From Mustelus asterias (Eukaryota): DNA of 64,000 bases. Location of the stretch: assembly GCF_964213995.1 (NCBI RefSeq), contig NC_135806.1, forward strand, positions 82,026,001-82,090,000, written 5' to 3'. Every line of letters starts with the position of its first letter. The first letter of the stretch is position 1. The notes beneath the pieces were generated by a model. That model searched no databases. It was given only the letters and a program-made list of their open reading frames with translations, and was not told the origin of the DNA. The position numbers were made by a program, and so were the translations under genes. This document shows, one piece after another, positions 62,171 to 64,000 of the stretch.

Positions 62171-62449
62171 TAGATTATTTACAGACCCTAGTGCGTCTCT
62201 ATCACACCAGCCACCCAACTTCTACCACTGTGAAACTCTGTTGCCAACCTTTAGCTCCTCCGCTGCTGAAATCCAAGAGCATGGTTTTATTAGCCCAAGA
62301 TATAACTACTTCATTTGCATTCTCTTTGGCCTACCATCTCTCACCTTCCACAAACTCCAACTTGTCCAAATCTCTGCTGCAGATATCGTGTCCAGCTCAA
62401 CCAACATCTCCATTCTCATTGCCCTACATTGATTTCCATTGCCCCAATA

Positions 62450-62541
62450 GCATTTCTATGAACTGTATGCTTTGTCTGTATAACGCGCAAGAAACAATAT
62501 TTTTCACTGTATACTAATACATGTGACAATAATAAATCAAA
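62450..62541 (+). mobile_element. Rex1/Babar 3' end fragment
   Basis: tatgctttgtctgtataacgcgcaagaaacaatatttttcactgtatactaatacatgtgacaataataaatcaaa. Confidence 0.8.
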
Positions 62542-62899
62542 TACGCTCACCATGTGCTTATTGGATTGGAAGGTGGTTAAATCTCACATGGTTAAGGTTT
62601 GTGCATTCGTTATATTTATAAAAGATTTGTATTGTAGTTAGAAATAATGAGTTGAATTTTCACCACAGAGATGGGAAACAGAAGTGGGTTTGTTTTCAGG
62701 TGAGAAACCTGCCTCCAGAGGGAAGTGATTAAAGCCAAGATGTTCACACGAGTAAACCCTTGGTTGCTATGGAGATGGGCTTCCTGTCCACTTTAGAGGT
62801 GTAAACACAGGTGGGTCAGGAGAATGTGGAATTGATTTCGACTCTACACAGAAGCCATCACTGAGGATATTGTTTGTCCTAAGAGAGAAATCTGCTGAT

Positions 62900-63030
62900 T
62901 GTGCCAAAGCCTTCTACAGCTGCCCTTCACCCCATCAATTCCAAACTGGATCTAATGCTGGAGGCCATGAGGGAAGGCCTCTTCCCAAAGGGTAACAGGA
63001 AGAGGCTTGGTAGAGCCTATGTAGAGGGGA
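62900..63030 (+). pseudogene. Possible Harbinger Myb-like ORF N-terminal relic
   Basis: SKLDLMLEAMREGLFPKGNRKR resembles the L.LL.AV....LFP..GR.R start of these proteins. Confidence 0.35.
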
Positions 63031-63539
63031 TGGATACCATGTTCGTTCTGCCCCTCTTTGCTCTCCTGTGTCTCCTTTTCTATGGTGGATGTCACCCCCT
63101 CATCACCACTAGGTTGAAAATCTGAGAGCTGTGCCCCTATCAGCCTTCCCTCTGGACAGGCCACTGCCCAATTACCCTCAGCATTTATTTTCTTAATTTA
63201 TTCTTTCATAGGATATGGGTGTCGCTGGCTAGGCCAGCATTTGTTACCCATCCCTAATTGCCCTTGGACTGAGTGGCTTAGATCATAAGACATAGGAGCA
63301 GAATTAGGCCACTCAGCCCATCGAGTCTGCTAGGTGACTTGCTAGGCCATTTCAGAGGGAAATTAAGAGTCAACTGAGGGTTGCTGAGTTTCTCGAGTTG
63401 CATGTAGGCCAGATCGGGTAAGGATAGCAGATTACGTTCCCTAAAAGACATTAGTGAACCAGATGGGCTTTTATGACAATTGACAATGCTCTCATGGTCA
63501 TCATCAGACTTTTCATTCCAGATCCAAAGGTGACAATCG

Positions 63540-63935
63540 CATGCAGAATTGAGGGAGTGGACCACTGTCAGAGGTGCTGTAGCTCAGATGTGGTAATAAC
63601 CAAGACCCACCTGCATTCTTAGGTGAAAGTAAAACACCTCATGGCACCTGCTACCAAATAAACCTGTCGAACTTTAACCTGGTATTATTAAAACTCTTAC
63701 TATTTTTTCGAAGAACAGCAGGGGAGTTGTTCAGGCCAATTTGTGATCTAATCAGCATCATGAAAACAAATTATCTGGTCATTATCATGTTGCTGTTTAT
63801 AGGAGCTTGCTGTGTACAAATTGGCTGCTATATTTCTCACATTCCGACAGTGACAACCCTTCCAAAGTATTGCATTGGTTGTAAAGTGTTTTCGAACATT
63901 CTGTAGTCATGAAATGTGCTAAATAAAAGCCAATC
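63540..63935 (+). mobile_element. Deu-domain SINE (SacSINE1-like) carrying a ~55-bp Penelope pLTR end at ~63648-63701
   Basis: gagggagtg..cactgtcagaggtgc, catggcac|tatt..gaagaacagcaggggagtt, gcttgctgtgtacaaattggctgc; insert gctaccaaataaacctgt.gaactttaacctggt..cttact. Confidence 0.8.
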
Positions 63936-64000
63936 TTTTCTTTCTTTTTTCCAAGGCAATATTGAGATAGGAAGTGGGAGATATAGACCAGATAGTACAC

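Overview
Repeat-saturated vertebrate non-coding DNA, most likely shark (inferred from HE1-like V-SINEs, HER1/CR1-like LINEs and Deu-domain SINEs). No host gene could be identified; only weak single-exon candidates. The window holds many 5'-truncated CR1 LINEs (including a nested stack at 5-10.4 kb), Rex1/Babar and RTE relics, about 18 HE1-like SINE copies or fragments with two different 3' tails, Harbinger relics and MITEs, and Gmr1-like and Mag-like Gypsy relics. It also holds one structurally full-length but frameshifted Ty3/Gypsy element (24807-29130, TSD TAGGC) and six Penelope-like pieces, several carrying minimal hammerhead ribozyme motifs. Three signals stand out. (1) A TSD-flanked 513-bp non-coding RTE derivative whose 5' end folds as an HDV-like ribozyme with an unusual hairpin inserted in L3. 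(2) The Gypsy element lacks a tRNA PBS and instead has a 22-nt segment complementary to its own LTR poly(A) signal, plus a hairpin-covered PPT and a YLDN RT motif. (3) Palindromic Penelope mini-insertions bearing hammerhead motifs. Family names come from motif recognition, not database searches, and boundaries of decayed elements are approximate.
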